Assembly (NCBI RefSeq): GCF_006345805.1
Contig: NC_043006.1
Coordinates: 37,758,001 to 37,822,000 of the forward strand
Reading direction: 5' to 3'
DNA: 64,000 nucleotides
From: Octopus sinensis
Taxonomy: Eukaryota
Shown: positions 24,950 through 38,481 of the stretch, in pieces
How positions within the stretch are numbered: position 1 is the first letter of the stretch
How the letters are laid out: every line of letters starts with the position of its first letter
Made by a program: the position numbers and the translations under genes
Notes under the pieces: model-generated
The model's database searches: none
What the model saw: the letters and a program-made list of their open reading frames with translations, nothing else
What the model was told of the DNA's origin: nothing

Positions 24950-25620
24950 CTTTATTCTTTTACTTGTTTCAGTCAATTGAGTGAAGCCATGCTGGAGCAC
25001 CACCTTGAATAGGTCTAGTCGAATCGATCCCAGCACTTATTTTTTTAAGCCTAGTACTTATTCTGAGGGCCTCTGATGGCCTCTTTTACCGAATCGTTAA
25101 GTCATGGAGACATAAACACATTAACACTGTCAAGTGTCGATGAGAGGGCAAACAGATAGAAAGACACATCATCATCATCATCGTTTAACGTCCACTTTCC
25201 ATGCTAGCATGGGTTGGATGATTTGACTGAGGACTGGCGAACCAGATGGCTGCACCAGGCTCCAATCTTGATCTGGCAGAGTTTCTACAGCTAGATGCCC
25301 TTCCTAAAGCCAACCACTCCAAGAGTGTAGTGGGTGCTTTTACGTACCACCAGCACAGGAGCCAGTCAGGCAGTACTGGCAACGGCCACGCTCAAATGGT
25401 GCTTTTTATGTGCCACCTGCACAGGAGCCAGTCCAACAGCACTGGCAACGACCACAGACATATATGACAGGCTTCTTTCAGTTTCTGTCTACCAAAACTA
25501 CTCACAAGGCTTTGGTCAAGCCAAGGCTATAGTAGAAGACACTTGCCCAAGATGCCATGCAGTAGGACTGAACTCAAAACCATGTGGCTGGGAAGCAAGC
25601 TTCTTAACACACAACCTCGC
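24950..25620 (-). mobile_element. SINE family 1 with an RTE 3' tail nested in its microsatellite
   Basis: SINE tail 24950-25165, RTE tail about 25168-25455, SINE head 25457-25617. Confidence 0.8.
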
Positions 25621-25629
25621 CTGTCAACA

Positions 25630-25666
<37 letters not shown>

Positions 25667-25697
25667 GTTGTTGTTGTTGTTGTTGTTGTTATTATTA

Positions 25698-25935
25698 AGG
25701 CAGCGAGCTGGCAGAATTGTTAGCACACCAGGCAATATGCTTAGCTGTATTTCGTCTGCCATTACATTCTGAGTTCAAATTCCACTGAGGTCGACTTTTC
25801 CTTTCATTTTTTTAGGAGTCGATAAAATTAGTACCAGTTATGCACTGGGGTCAATGTAATCGACTTAATCCCTTCCCCCAAATTTAGGCCTTGTGCTTCC
25901 AGTAAAAAGGATTATTATTACTATTATTACTGTTA

Positions 25936-25966
<31 letters not shown>

Positions 25967-25978
25967 TATAATTATTAT

Positions 25979-26011
<33 letters not shown>

Positions 26012-26025
26012 CATTATTATTATTA

Positions 26026-26062
<37 letters not shown>

Positions 26063-26280
26063 GGTGGTGAGCTGGTAGAATCGTTAGCACGCTGGATGAA
26101 ATGCTTAGCGGTATTTCACCCGTCCCCACATTTTGAGTTCAAATTCCAAGGTCGACTTTGCCTTTCATCCTTTCAAGATTGATAAATTAAGAACCAGTGA
26201 AACACTGGGGGTGGGGGGCTAATGTAATTGACTAGTCCCCTCCCCTCAAAATTTCAGGCCTTGTGCCTTCAGTAGGAAGG

Positions 26281-26290
<10 letters not shown>
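25698..26290 (+). mobile_element. Two SINE family 2 copies separated by (ATT)n
   Basis: AAGG(C/T)(A/G)G(C/T)GAGCTGG(C/T)AGAAT heads at about 25697 and 26061. Confidence 0.85.
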
Positions 26291-26315
<25 letters not shown>

Positions 26316-26593
26316 CATTATTATTATCATTATTGGACAGTGGGGTTGCTTGATTATCCCTAGAGGCCTTCTTGTATCAGGAGGGCCACATCTCTATCAT
26401 CCTTCCTGCCCTTTTTCTTTTTTAAACCTTTATATGCTATGCATATGGCCCTTCTTTTTAGTGTATACTGCTTATGCTTACTTACTTTCTTTTTTTTCTC
26501 TTTTTTACATTGTATGTAAACCTCCACACTTTATGTCTGTTTTTGTATTGTCCCCCTCATCCTTCACCCTTGTGGCAAATTAATGAAATCACA

Positions 26594-26641
<48 letters not shown>

Positions 26642-26867
26642 GTTATTATTATTACTACTACTAATTTTTCCACAATGGTACACAGTTTGGATGTGGAACA
26701 CTCACAACTTAATCTATTTCAGGTGTTCTCAGAAAGACATAATTAAAGTTAATCTCAGCAGGATTTGTAATCAAAATACGAAGGTAAAAAAAAAAGAAGA
26801 AATCAAAAACTTGGAGAGAAAGGAAAAGTAAACAATAAAACCAAAAATTAAAAAAAATAAACAAATA

Positions 26868-27260
26868 GGCGTAGGAGTGGCTGTGTGGTAAGTAGCTTGC
26901 TTACAAACCACATGGTTCTGGGTTCAGTTCCACTGTGTGGTACCTTGGGCAAGTGTCTTCTACTATAGCCTCGGGCCAACCAAAGCCTTGTGAGTGGATT
27001 TGGTAGACGGAAACTGAAAGAAGCCCATCGTATATATGTATATATATGTGTGTGTATCTGTCTGTGTTTGTCCCCCCAACATCACATGACAACCGATGCT
27101 GGTGTGTTTACGTCCCTGTAACTTAGCGGTTCGGCAAAAGAGACGATAGAATAAGTACTAGGCTTACAAAGAATAAGTCCTGGGGTCGATTTGCTCGACT
27201 AAAAAAGGCGGTGCTCCAGCATGGCCACAGTCAAATGACTGAAACAAGTAAAAAAAAAAA
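26868..27260 (+). mobile_element. SINE family 1, full-length reference copy (tRNA-derived; resembles described octopus OK/OR SINEs, name unverified)
   Basis: A box, B box, CORE-like ACCTTGGGCAAGT, internal (TA/TG)n, A-rich tail. Confidence 0.9.
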
Positions 27261-27305
27261 AAAGAAGAAGAAGACAAGAATACAAAATAGCAATGGCTGA
27301 CTCAC

Positions 27306-27540
27306 CGGCCCAAATCAAATGAAGCGCTTGTGCTTTCCTTGCTATGACTTTCAACCATATTAGACCGTGTCCACAAACAACATCCACCATCAGACTTCTT
27401 AATCCACAACTGCTGAAAGGTTGTAAAATTCCCACAAGATTTGAGGTACATTGGGTTGCAGTGTACAGTATGGCGGCATAATGGTGAAGGTTGCTGCTGC
27501 GAAGGTGGCTTTTACGGATGGAAGCTGTCTTTTGGTGCAT
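27306..27540 (-). CDS. C7orf25: Internal exon of a UPF0415 / C7orf25 homolog (DUF1308-containing family)
   Basis: TTTCCCAG acceptor, G|GTGAGT donor, 235 nt, phase 0 to 1. MHQKTASIRKSHLRSSNLHHYAAIL...LMVDVVCGHGLIWLKVIARKAQALHLIWA(G) matches recalled human IKESHLQSTNLTHLRAIV...[30 protein letters not shown]. Confidence 0.9.
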
Positions 27541-28329
27541 CTGGGAAATATAGCAATCCAAAGAGAAAAATAAGTATTGCGGCTCATTAAATATTGGTTT
27601 CAAATTTTGGCACAGGGCCAGCAATTTTAAAGGAGGGGGGTGGGGAGTCAGTTACATCAACACAGTATTCAACTTGTATTTGTTTTATTGACTCTGAAGG
27701 AATGAAAGTCAAATATGACCTCAGCAGAATTTGAACTCAGAACATGAAGATGGGCGAAATGCTGCTAAAAGCATTTTGCCCAGCATGCTAATGATTCTGA
27801 CATTGTGTCAATAAAGCAAATTATAATAATCTATGCTACAAATAAAGCTGCTGATTGTAAGTATGTAACTTTTACTAAAAAAAAGACTACACTGTCAAGT
27901 AAATTGTTAAAAATTCTAATTTTAATATATTTTTTTTTTTATCAAAATGTGGTTTTGAAGATTTCAACTAGATAATCTAATAAAAAAAAAAAACTAATTT
28001 TAATTTATTATGAGATAGCTTTTAGTAACACAGTGAGAGAGCACTTTCTAACATCATATACCTTCTCACTTTGTCTCTTCTCACTCTCTTTCATACACTT
28101 CAAGATAATGAAACAACTCATAAATATTATATTCAGTTTTTACATCTAGAAATATAAAGGTTGCTCAAATATTTCCAATACTACTTTCTACAAAGATATC
28201 AGTAAAAGCAATTCTCCAGATTAGAAGTTTAATCCAACATCAGCCAAATTATGCTGATTTCAGTATCCTTTCATATTTCTAGTTGAAGAAATAGAAAACT
28301 GAAGAAGAAAAGTGGACTTAATTTACTGG

Positions 28330-29070
28330 TGGTGGTGGTGGTGGGGCAAATACAGACTCAAAGACACGCACACATAAATATATATATATATATATATATA
28401 CAATAGGCTTTTTTCAGTTTCCTTCTACCAAATCCACTCACAAGGCTTTGGCTGGCCTGAGGCTATAGTAGAAACCACTTTCCCAAGGTGCCATGCAATA
28501 GGACTGAACCCAGAACCATGTGGTTAGGAAGTAAACTTCTTAACACACAGCCACACCATTACCTATGCTTTGAACCTAATGCTTTGATGATAACTGGTAA
28601 ACATTCCATTTTTGATGCTAACCATCTTCTGTCTTTTACTTGTTTTCAGCCACTGGACTACGACCATGCTGGGGCACCACCATGTTACTTATTTTTGAAG
28701 TCTGGTACTTATTCTATCAGTCTCTCTTGCCAAACCACTAATTTATAGGAATGTAAATAAACCTAAAACTGGCTGCCAAAGGGTGAGGCAGGGGACAAAC
28801 AAACACACACACACACACACACACACACAATGGGCTTTGGTACAGTTTCTCAAACTTGAGGGAATGGGCCCCTTAGATACTAACATGGGGCCCCATATAT
28901 GGATTCTAATGGCACAGAGGCCCACTTGCCATGGGGAAAGCTGGCAACCTGGCCAGTCTGCCACTGCTCACAAGGTATTGGGCAATATAGAAAATACTTG
29001 CCCAAGGTGATACACAGTGGGATGGAACTCAAAACCACACAGTTACAAAGTGCAATTCTTAACCACACAA
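28330..29070 (-). mobile_element. SINE family 1 fragments, at least two copies
   Basis: Head 28380-28555, tail 28630-28830, variant head 28830-29070. Confidence 0.8.
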
Positions 29071-29199
29071 CCATGCCTTCTCTCACATTCTTGATATCTC
29101 TTCTTTTAATCCAGTATATTTCTAGATCTTTCCGACTGTTTTGTTTGTAATGCTTTTTGTCTGCACTGTAGGTAGTATATATTAGTTATATATATTAGC

Positions 29200-30900
29200 A
29201 TATATTAGTTTACACACTGAACTACAACATATGTGTGACTAGAAAAACTGAAAAAGCACATAAGTTGTAACAAAATTAAAAAGAAAATGTAGTGCAGAAT
29301 GAACTTGGTAGGAAAAATGTTAACTTAATGAAGGTTATTCAGAAAACTAAAGAGGATAGTGAATAACAATTTATTGGTTTTTATTGATGATCAAAAATAC
29401 TTTTGACAGTGTTATTGATGACAAATTATGGTCTGTGGTTATAAAAATGGGATGTTCTCAATATTTTATAGAATTTCTAAAATTACTTTATTTCCAGAAA
29501 ATAGCAGCTGTCAAAACTAATGTGAGCTTCAATTGGTGATTTGAAATTGAGCAGAGTTATGACAAGGATTGTCCTTTCACCTTCTCTATATAAAACATCT
29601 ATGCAGAAATGTAATGAGAAGAGGTCTAGAAAGTTTTGAAGGTACAGCTGAAATTAGTGGAAGAACAGTCACAAATTTGCTATGTTTATCTGTGGAGAAA
29701 TTAGGATCTAAGTTTTTTGCTTATGATGTTTTTGTTGTGGAAAATTTCAAACTCCATTTGAGTACAAAGAATCATATTTTATACATTTGGTGAAATATGT
29801 ATATTTATAGATTGATTGACTGTCCGAATGATTAATCAAAGAATTGATTAGTCAACTAGTTAACCAAGTGACTAATAAATAATAAACAATAGAGCCAGTG
29901 CATGTGTTTATCATTGCTGTAATGAACCCATCAGACATACAACAAAATATATTTCAATACACAATTTCACATCAAGAATCTTGCAAACCAAATACAAAAG
30001 TGAAGTAGCTTGTAGACTTTATGGAAAAGAAAATTCCTTCAGCCTTTAGGTTTCATTTATTTTTAGCTTTCCTTATTGATGGTTGCTGAAAGAATTGAAG
30101 ATTTTGATGGAGAAAGTTACACGAAATGTGAAGAATATTGTTTATTCATTAATTTTGACAAAACTGAATCAATGATTATCTCAGAAACATTTAACCAAAG
30201 TAATCCAATAATAATTGATAATCAAACTGTCATAGAAGTCTATAAGTTCTCCTGTCTTTGAAGTATTATTACAAATCAATGGGACAAAAGTAAAGAGATA
30301 AAATGAAGAAATGCTTTAACAAAATATGCTATTATCTCTTTAAACCATATTGGAAAAAAAAATCACCAATAAGTAAAAGGAAAGAAAAAAAAATGGTTGA
30401 TATTGTAGCACATTTTCACACCCTGATATTTCCAGTAGCAACATATGGATCTAAAGTGTTAGATTTCGAAATACTGACAGAAAAAAGGGAGAGGGTTTTC
30501 AAGTTTGGTGCTTTAGAAGAATGTTAAGAATTAGCTGCACAGAGAGAAAGGACAAATCAGTATGCCTTGGAGCAAACTAGGAAATAAAGAAATGGATGGA
30601 GTCTTGCTAAAGAACTGGACAGGTAGAATATTAGATATTTTGGTATGTCGAAAGGATAGATGGCATGCAGGAATGATTTGGTCATTGCGAAAGTTATTGA
30701 AAAAAACAGAAAACTACAGGAAGACTCAGAACAAAGGATAACATAATGATGAATAATAACATAATGGTGAAAACAGAATTGAAGAAGAAACAATTAATAA
30801 AACTGTAGGAAAATAGAGATCAATGACGAGAATTGATCAGATGGACAAGATTCCCAGACTCCAACTGTTGTTGGTTGCAGATGATCATGATGATGTACGC
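29200..30900 (+). mobile_element. Old RTE/BovB-like LINE RT region, interrupted at the YADD motif
   Basis: LVFIDDQKYFDSV, NIYAEM.MRRGLESFEGTAEISGRTVTNL, then an insert of about 375 bp, then INFDKTESM, VYKFSCL, FPVATYGS, (GAT)n tail. Confidence 0.75.
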
Positions 30901-31416
30901 AAATCTTAAAATGATGTCTATTAGAAAAGGATGTAAACATTGATGAGAAAAAGCAGAAATAAATAAAACGGAAGTCTATTACAATATTTGTTCTTACATG
31001 CAGGCATAGCTTTGTGGTAAGCAAGTTTGTTTACCAACCACATGGTTTTGGGATCAGGCCCACTGCATGGCACCTTGGGGCAAGGGTCTTTCATTATAGT
31101 TCTCGGCTGATTAAAGATATGTGAATGGAAGATGGAAATTGAAACAAGCTCACCACATACATACATACATACATACATACACACATACATACATATATGG
31201 CGAGATTGTTTTAATACACACAAACACACACATACTTTATTTGTATATTAAGGCTACCATTGGTTTCATGTTAAGAAAATATCTTAATATCTTAACAATT
31301 TTTCAAGCTGATCACATGAAGGAATGGTGTTCATCTCCAGATTGAAAAATGGAGATGACACCATTTCTTCATGTGATCAACTTGAAAAGTTAAGATTGTT
31401 TGACATTTAATTATAC

Positions 31417-31462
<46 letters not shown>

Positions 31463-31820
31463 ATATGTGTTACTGTCTCCTTGACCTCATATCATAGTTG
31501 TAAATGTAGATCACCATCATGCAAGCAGTATCCTTCATTTTCAATCTACTGTGAGAACATGTCACTTCATTGAGAAATATTATTTTATTTGGAAAAGTGT
31601 GAGTGTTGGCAACAGGAAGGGCATCCAGTTGCAAAAAATTTGCCTCAGCTAATTCTGCCAGACCCATGCAAGTGGCAGTTAAAAAGGTGATGATGATGAT
31701 GATGTATGTATTGTAAGATATAAATAAAATGATGATTTATATTCAAATGCTGATGCCGTTAGAACAGCAGAAACAGTGGGTAAATTACCCTTACAAAGCA
31801 GAAAAATTTGTCAACAAACA

Positions 31821-31885
31821 ACCATGGGACTTGAACCCACATCTCCTGAAGACTCCAACCAAGTACTTTACCACTACACTAAACT
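31821..31885 (-). pseudogene. Orphan tRNA-like sequence or SINE head
   Basis: A box TAGTGTAGTGG and B box GGTTCAAGTCC at tRNA spacing; no clean cloverleaf, no SINE body. Confidence 0.45.
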
Positions 31886-31915
31886 GCTTGCTGACAAATT
31901 AACCCATTTTCGATG

Positions 31916-32270
31916 TTTTTAAAGCTAAATGTACAGCCACGTGTATATAAATATGAACATACTAGCATTTGTTTTTTTATAAGTGCCAAAATATATATAT
32001 AAATACAAATAAGATGATAATTTATTTGTATTTACAATACATCTTTCAATGCTTATAAAAAAACAGATGTTTGTTTATATTTCAATACACATGTATATAT
32101 GTACAGTATAGGCGCTGGAGTGGCTGTGTGGTAAGTAACTTGTTTACCAACCACACGGTTCTGGGTTCATTCCCACTGCATGGCACCTTGGGCAAGTGTC
32201 TTCTACTATAACCTCGGGCCGACCAAAGCCTTGTGAGTGGATTTGGCAGACAGAAACTGAAAGAAGCCCA

Positions 32271-32318
<48 letters not shown>

Positions 32319-32880
32319 GTGTGTATATGTTTGTGTGTCTATGTTTGTTCCCCCAACATCGCTTGACAACTGATGCTGGTGTGTTTACGTCCCCATAACT
32401 TAGCGGTTCGCCAAAAGAGGCCAATAGAATAAGTACTAGGCTTACAAAGAATAAGTCCTGGGGTCGACTTGCTCGACTAAAGGTGGTGCTCCAGCATGGC
32501 CGCAATCAAATGACTGAAACGCGTAAAAGAGTAAAAGAGTGTAATCCCTTATTATGTCATGGTTCACCTATCGTACAATCAGTACATGGATTTTTCTGTT
32601 TAATATTTGTAAATTTATATCATGGGTTTCTGCAGCCGACAGGTATTCATATTTTTTTTATATTTTAATTATTTCTGTGGGAGGTTTTGGAACATAACAC
32701 CTGTGATAGTCAAGGTATCACTATATGTATGTATGTATGCATGTATGTTGTTCTCTTACTCTTTTTAAAGCTAAATGTACATCCACGTGTTTATAAATAT
32801 GAACAAACTAACATTTGTTTTTTATAAGTGTCAAAATGTATATATAAATACAAATAAGATGATAATTTATTTGTATTTAC
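31916..32880. repeat. 120-bp direct repeat pair
   Basis: 31916-32035 and 32762-32880 share TTTTTAAAGCTAAATGTACA...TTTATTTGTATTTAC. Confidence 0.9.
32111..32538 (+). mobile_element. SINE family 1, full length
   Basis: Close to the reference copy over its length. Confidence 0.9.
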
Positions 32881-34009
32881 CCACTTGGTACCAAGATGGT
32901 GAAGGAAAGTATCTTGTTTTGTTCATCATCTTTTGAATCTGATGAAGGTCTTGCAGATTTTTATAATTCCAGATATTATGATCATTTGTAATGCATGAAT
33001 TAACGATTTGCATTCTCTCCCCAAGATCTCAAGTTCGGCCATTCTTTGTTCCATTCATGCATACGTACATACATATACATGTATGTATGTATGTATTTGT
33101 AAGGATTTTGAAAAAAATTCTTAATCCATTCAAGTCTCTTCTGTAAATGTTCAACCACATCAAGATATGAATAAATAATTAATTAATAAGATATTATTAT
33201 TCTAATTTAATCACCTGAAAGAATTCATGGTTTTTCAAACTCTTTGAAATGGCAAAATTTAAAAATTTCTTTGACACCACACTCCCCTCACCTAACACCT
33301 CAATTTGTCACAAACTTGTAAATTTTTCATCACAGCAAGAATAAAAAAAAAGGAAAAACTGTAACAATTTCATATCTGAATTGGTTCTAAACATATTAGA
33401 AGAGTTCATTATTGGTTATTAGCAATCCATTAGAATTCATAATTTCCAAATTCTTTGATATTTTCAATTTTGATGACTTTAGAAGCCTGTCATAAAATTC
33501 TGATTGACATAGCTGCTGAAATGACAAAATTTCACGCTTGTATGAATTAGTGCAATATCAGCATCATGTTTTCTTCTGTATCATTTCTTGTACTTTCACC
33601 GTCCTATGAGATGAGGGTATGCTCTGGCATGTCTTCACCAGCAGGGGTAACCATGTATTTTCTCTACAGCAAGCAACCTGTTCCCATCTCTTGATCATAT
33701 TTTTAACTTCTCATTACCTGGCATAAAGCTACCTTCCTCAATATTTACAACGTCTCAGTTAAGGGGTCTTCTCTTGTAAGTCGTTTGGTGACCTCACAGG
33801 TGTTGGTGCCACATAAATACTACCCAGTATATTCTGTGAAGTGGATGGTGTTAGGAAGAGCATCCAGCTGTAGAAGCCATGCCAAAGCAGATGTTGGAAC
33901 TTGGAATTGTCTGTGGCCACGCCAGCTCCTGTTGGACTGTCAAACCCATGCCAGCAGAGAAAATAGACATTAAACAATGGTGATGGTGATGCATGTTATC
34001 ATCATCATC

Positions 34010-34520
34010 ATCATCATCATCATCACTGTCATCATTTAACGTCCATAATCCATGCTGATAAGGGTTGGACAGTGTGACTGCGGCTGGCAAGCTGGAAGGC
34101 TGTACCAAACTCTAGTCTGATTTGGTATAGTTTTCTATGGCTGGATGCTCTTCCTAATGCTAACCACTCTGAGAGTGTAATCGGTGCTTTTACATGCCAC
34201 CACCATGGGTGCCATTTGCATGACACCAGTATCTGCTATGACTGCGATTTTACTTGGCTAGATGGGTCTTCTACTCAAGCATGACATAATGCCAATGGTC
34301 TCGGTCATTTCCTCTGTGAGGTCCAATGCTGAAAAGAAACTCAGCCACTTTGCCTTCATGAGGACCAATGCTTGAAAGGAACTGAGCCTTTTTGCCTTGA
34401 TAAGGCCCAATGCTCGAAAGAACTCAGCCCCTTTGTCTCTGTAAGGCCCAATGCTCAAAAGGGACTGTGCTTCTTTGCCCCCATAAGGCTCAATGCTCAA
34501 AAGGAACACAACTATTAGAA
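34010..34520 (-). mobile_element. RTE LINE 3' UTR including its tandem subrepeats
   Basis: Reverse complement of 20140-20611. Confidence 0.85.
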
Positions 34521-35202
34521 TTAGTAATTTGCTGTTTAACTCCAATTCAGCCCAGACTCAACAAACCAATGGCCAAGGGAATTCCAGCCATGACCAGCTT
34601 GTCTTTTCTTGAGGTATAGTGCAAACACGCAAGATCACATAATCCAATCAATCTTTCTTTCTTATCTTTTTTTATACCAATTCACCTGAAACTGTCTTAA
34701 GTTCTATGATACAAGTTTCCTGTTTTAGAATAATTTAACTTAAAGCCTATCAAAATATGTCAATTTATGTTTCTGGTGCCACATAAAAGCACTCAGTCCA
34801 TGCTGTAAAGTGGTGGCATTAGGAAGGGCATCCAGCCACAAAAACTATGCCAAACCAGACAGGTGCCAGACATAGCCCCTGGTTTGTTGGCTCCTGTCAA
34901 ACCATCCAACCCATGCCAGCATGGAAAACAGACGTTTGATGATGATGATGATCAATAATGATTCATTATATAATAATATTAATAGGAACAAAGCTAGAAA
35001 GTTTAAATAGAAAAATGGAAACAAAAGGATTAAGATAGTAGAGTGTATGTGAGGGAAATTTCACAGCTATTTCTAGCATTCTGAGTGAACACTGAGTGGC
35101 ATACTCATTGACTTGAATAATTTTCAAGTTCTCAGAAAAGGCAAAATACAAAAAAAAAAGTGGAGAGTACAAGATTCTATCTCTTAAAAAAAAAAAACTG
35201 AG

Positions 35203-35580
35203 AGGAGTGGCTGTGTGGTAAATAGCTTGCTTACCAACCATATGGTTCCTGGTTCAGTCCCACTGCATGGCATCTTGGGCAATTGTTTTCTACTATAGCC
35301 TCAGGCTGACCAAAACCTTGTGAGTGGATTTGGTAGACAGAAACTGAAAGAAGCCCGTCGTATATATGTATATATATGTGCGTGTGTATGTTTGTGTGTC
35401 CCCCTAGCACTGCTTGACAACCGATGTTGGTGTGTTTATGTCCCCGTCACTTAGTGGTTTGGCAAAAGAGACCGATAGAATAAGTACCAGGCTTACAAAG
35501 AATAAGTCCCGGGGTCAATTTGCTCAACCAAAGGTGGTGCTCCAGCATGGCTGCAGTCAAATGACTGGAAAGAGTAAAGG
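35203..35580 (+). mobile_element. SINE family 1, full length
   Basis: Head, core and tail motifs. Confidence 0.9.
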
Positions 35581-36108
35581 AGAGGAATTTGGTGGTTATT
35601 TCTAGCAGGTCAAGACAAGATAAAAGAAAAACATTGCTCCTTCCTTAATTACAAATTTATTTCAAATTTGACATTTAATTATTCCATATGTTAAGTATTC
35701 TAATATATCATTGCCTTGCTAGGAGTGATTTGAGGAAGAGTTACCTATTATTTCTAGCAGGTCTATTAATAACTGAAAAATAAGATGTAGCACTGACCAC
35801 AAAAGATCCACAACAGTCATTGTATACAGACATACAACAGCAGGGAGTCAGTTCATCAGTTCTTAGAATATTTTTTTCATCATTTCCTGGTACAAAACAA
35901 ACAACTCCAATGGTGCTTAGAGAAAATGTCTTGAAATTTCAACAAAGCAACTATATAACACACATGCACGCACACACACACACACATACATATATACATA
36001 CATATATCTATAAATATACATACAAATATTACACACACTCACACATACACATATATATATAATAGAAAGACATGTTACGGCTTCAGCACACTTCTGCATA
36101 ATAAGTGT

Positions 36109-36139
<31 letters not shown>

Positions 36140-36351
36140 TACACATATATATGTATATATATAAAAGCAGAGACATAAATATACATATATACATTGCCAC
36201 ACAAATATGTGTATATACATGCATATAAATACGTAATATATGCACAAACATGTGACTGCATATGTCAAGCACACACACTCACACACACATTCACACACAC
36301 ACACATTGAAACATATGATATATGCATTTATAACTCACTCTCTCATACATG

Positions 36352-36394
<43 letters not shown>

Positions 36395-36774
36395 GTGTGT
36401 GTGTGTGTGTGTGTGAATACAGTAAACATCATGAATAAGTTGAACTGGAAGCAAAATTAAACACATAAAAATCCTAACTAAACAAAAAGAAACAATTCTG
36501 ATATTTTAGTGTAAACCTAAATGGCTGTAATGAAGAGAGTTACATCATACATATATATTTTTGGAAAATTCTAGATATTTTAAATTCTTTCTTCTTATAA
36601 TCAAACACATTAATTAATAACAAGCAACAGTTCAAAGCATTGTCTGGATTCATAATAAGTTAGAACGCACCGCAAATTGTCTCAGGACTTATAACATTGT
36701 TCTCGAAGATCTGCCCTCCTGCAAAATTTCATGTACATAGTTTCAAAAGAGTGGCCGACAACTTGGGACTATAG

Positions 36775-36806
<32 letters not shown>

Positions 36807-37029
36807 CATTTAATGTCCGTTGTCCATGCTGACATGGGCTGAACGGTTTGACCAGAGCTGGCAAGCTGGAGAGCTGCACCTGGATCCAGTCAGGTTTGGC
36901 ATGGTTTCTATGGCTGGATGACCTTCCTAATACCAAGCAGTTTACAGGGTGTGCTGGGTACTTTTACATAGCACCACACAAGTGCTTCTACATGGTACCA
37001 CATGGGTGCTTTTACATGGCATTAGCACT

Positions 37030-37382
37030 GATGCAGGATCCTTGAGGTCAATCCCCACCACCAGGTTGACCGGTCTTAACACATCTGCTGTGGAATACAA
37101 GGCTTCCTGAGTACAGCAAGGTACCAGACATCTTGGTCCTTTGTCATCTTGCCTGAAAGGTTCCGTGTCCTGAGGTCATTTCTTCTCATACCTTCCTGGG
37201 CCTCCCGTATGTTCCTTCTAATTAGCGAGATCAACACTTCCTTATGGAACTTTCAGCATCCATCTACAGCACATGACCAAACTAGCTATGTATGTATGTA
37301 TGTATATATATATATATATATATATAACTTTCAGCATCCATCTACAGCACATGACCAAACTAGCTATGTATGTATGTATGTA

Positions 37383-37431
<49 letters not shown>

Positions 37432-37560
37432 GTTAGGAAGGGCATCCAGCCATAGAAACTCTGCCAGATCTGACTGGGCCTGACGAAGCCTTCCAGCTTC
37501 ACAGACCCCAGTTGAACCGTCCAACCCATGCTAGCATGGAAAGCGGACGCTAAATGATGA
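37030..37560 (-). mobile_element. RTE C-terminal fragment with a local 50-bp duplication, plus an RTE tail in the opposite orientation
   Basis: FGHVL*MD...GRPRK on the minus strand; AACTTTCAGCATCCATCTACAGCACATGACCAAACTAGCT at about 37248 and 37327. Confidence 0.65.
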
Positions 37561-38281
37561 TGATGATATATATATATGACAGGATGCTGAACAGTTCCTG
37601 GCTTTAAGGGTCTAGTGAAAGGCCTGGTTAGAGGCCCAACCTTCAGAGTTCTTTTACAGGGCTTAGAAAAAGTGAAGCACCACTGCAATAAGTGTGTGAA
37701 TCTGAGAGGGGAATATATTCAATAAAATCATAATTAACTGATCCTCCTGTATTTTCTTTTATTCAAAGTCATGAACTTCTCAGCACCCCCCCCCCTCATA
37801 CCACCCACCACATATATGTACATACATTGATATCATCATTTAACATCCATTTTCCTGCATGCCTGCCTCAGATGGGATTTATTGAGGTAATATCCTATAC
37901 CTGCGTGCTCTTCCTGTTGCCAACCCTCATTTGTTTTCAAAGGAGGTAATGCTTCCCATGGCCAAACATATTTTTCATGAAGCAACATTTGCTTACAAAT
38001 ATAACATGATGTGAAGACAAGGGTGCACACAAATACACATGCGTACACACACACACACAGACATTATATATATGGGGTGGGGACTTCTTTCGCTTGTTTC
38101 TGTCCACGAAATCCACACACAAGCTTTGGTTGGCCCAGGGGATACAGTAGAAGGCACTTGCCTATGGTGCTGCATCATGGGACTAAACCCAAGTGCACAT
38201 GTTTGGGAAGAAAGCTTCCTAACCTCACAGCTACATCTATATGAGTGTGTGTGTACTTGTAGGTACATGTATGTATGTATG

Positions 38282-38325
<44 letters not shown>

Positions 38326-38395
38326 TGCATGTATGTATGCTTGTATATGTGTGTGTGTGTGTATATATTGCTCTGTGCGGGTTTCCTGTTTCATG

Positions 38396-38481
38396 TTCAT
38401 CCTGATGAAGGGGTCATCGCCATGATGCACTTCAGTGTAATTGAACCGCAGTGGTGAGCTCCCGAAATGGCTATTGATGAG
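38396..38481 (+). ncRNA. Type-I hammerhead ribozyme motif, intact core, long stem II
   Basis: TTCATC-CTGATGA-A-(GGGG TCATCGC...GTGGTGA GC TCCC)-GAAA-TGGCTA-T-T-GATGAG. Confidence 0.75.

Noticed and set aside
32880-33060. MEQRMAELEILGRECK... as the C7orf25 first exon
   Set aside because: No AELKFL-like motif, in-frame stop, no phase-0 donor
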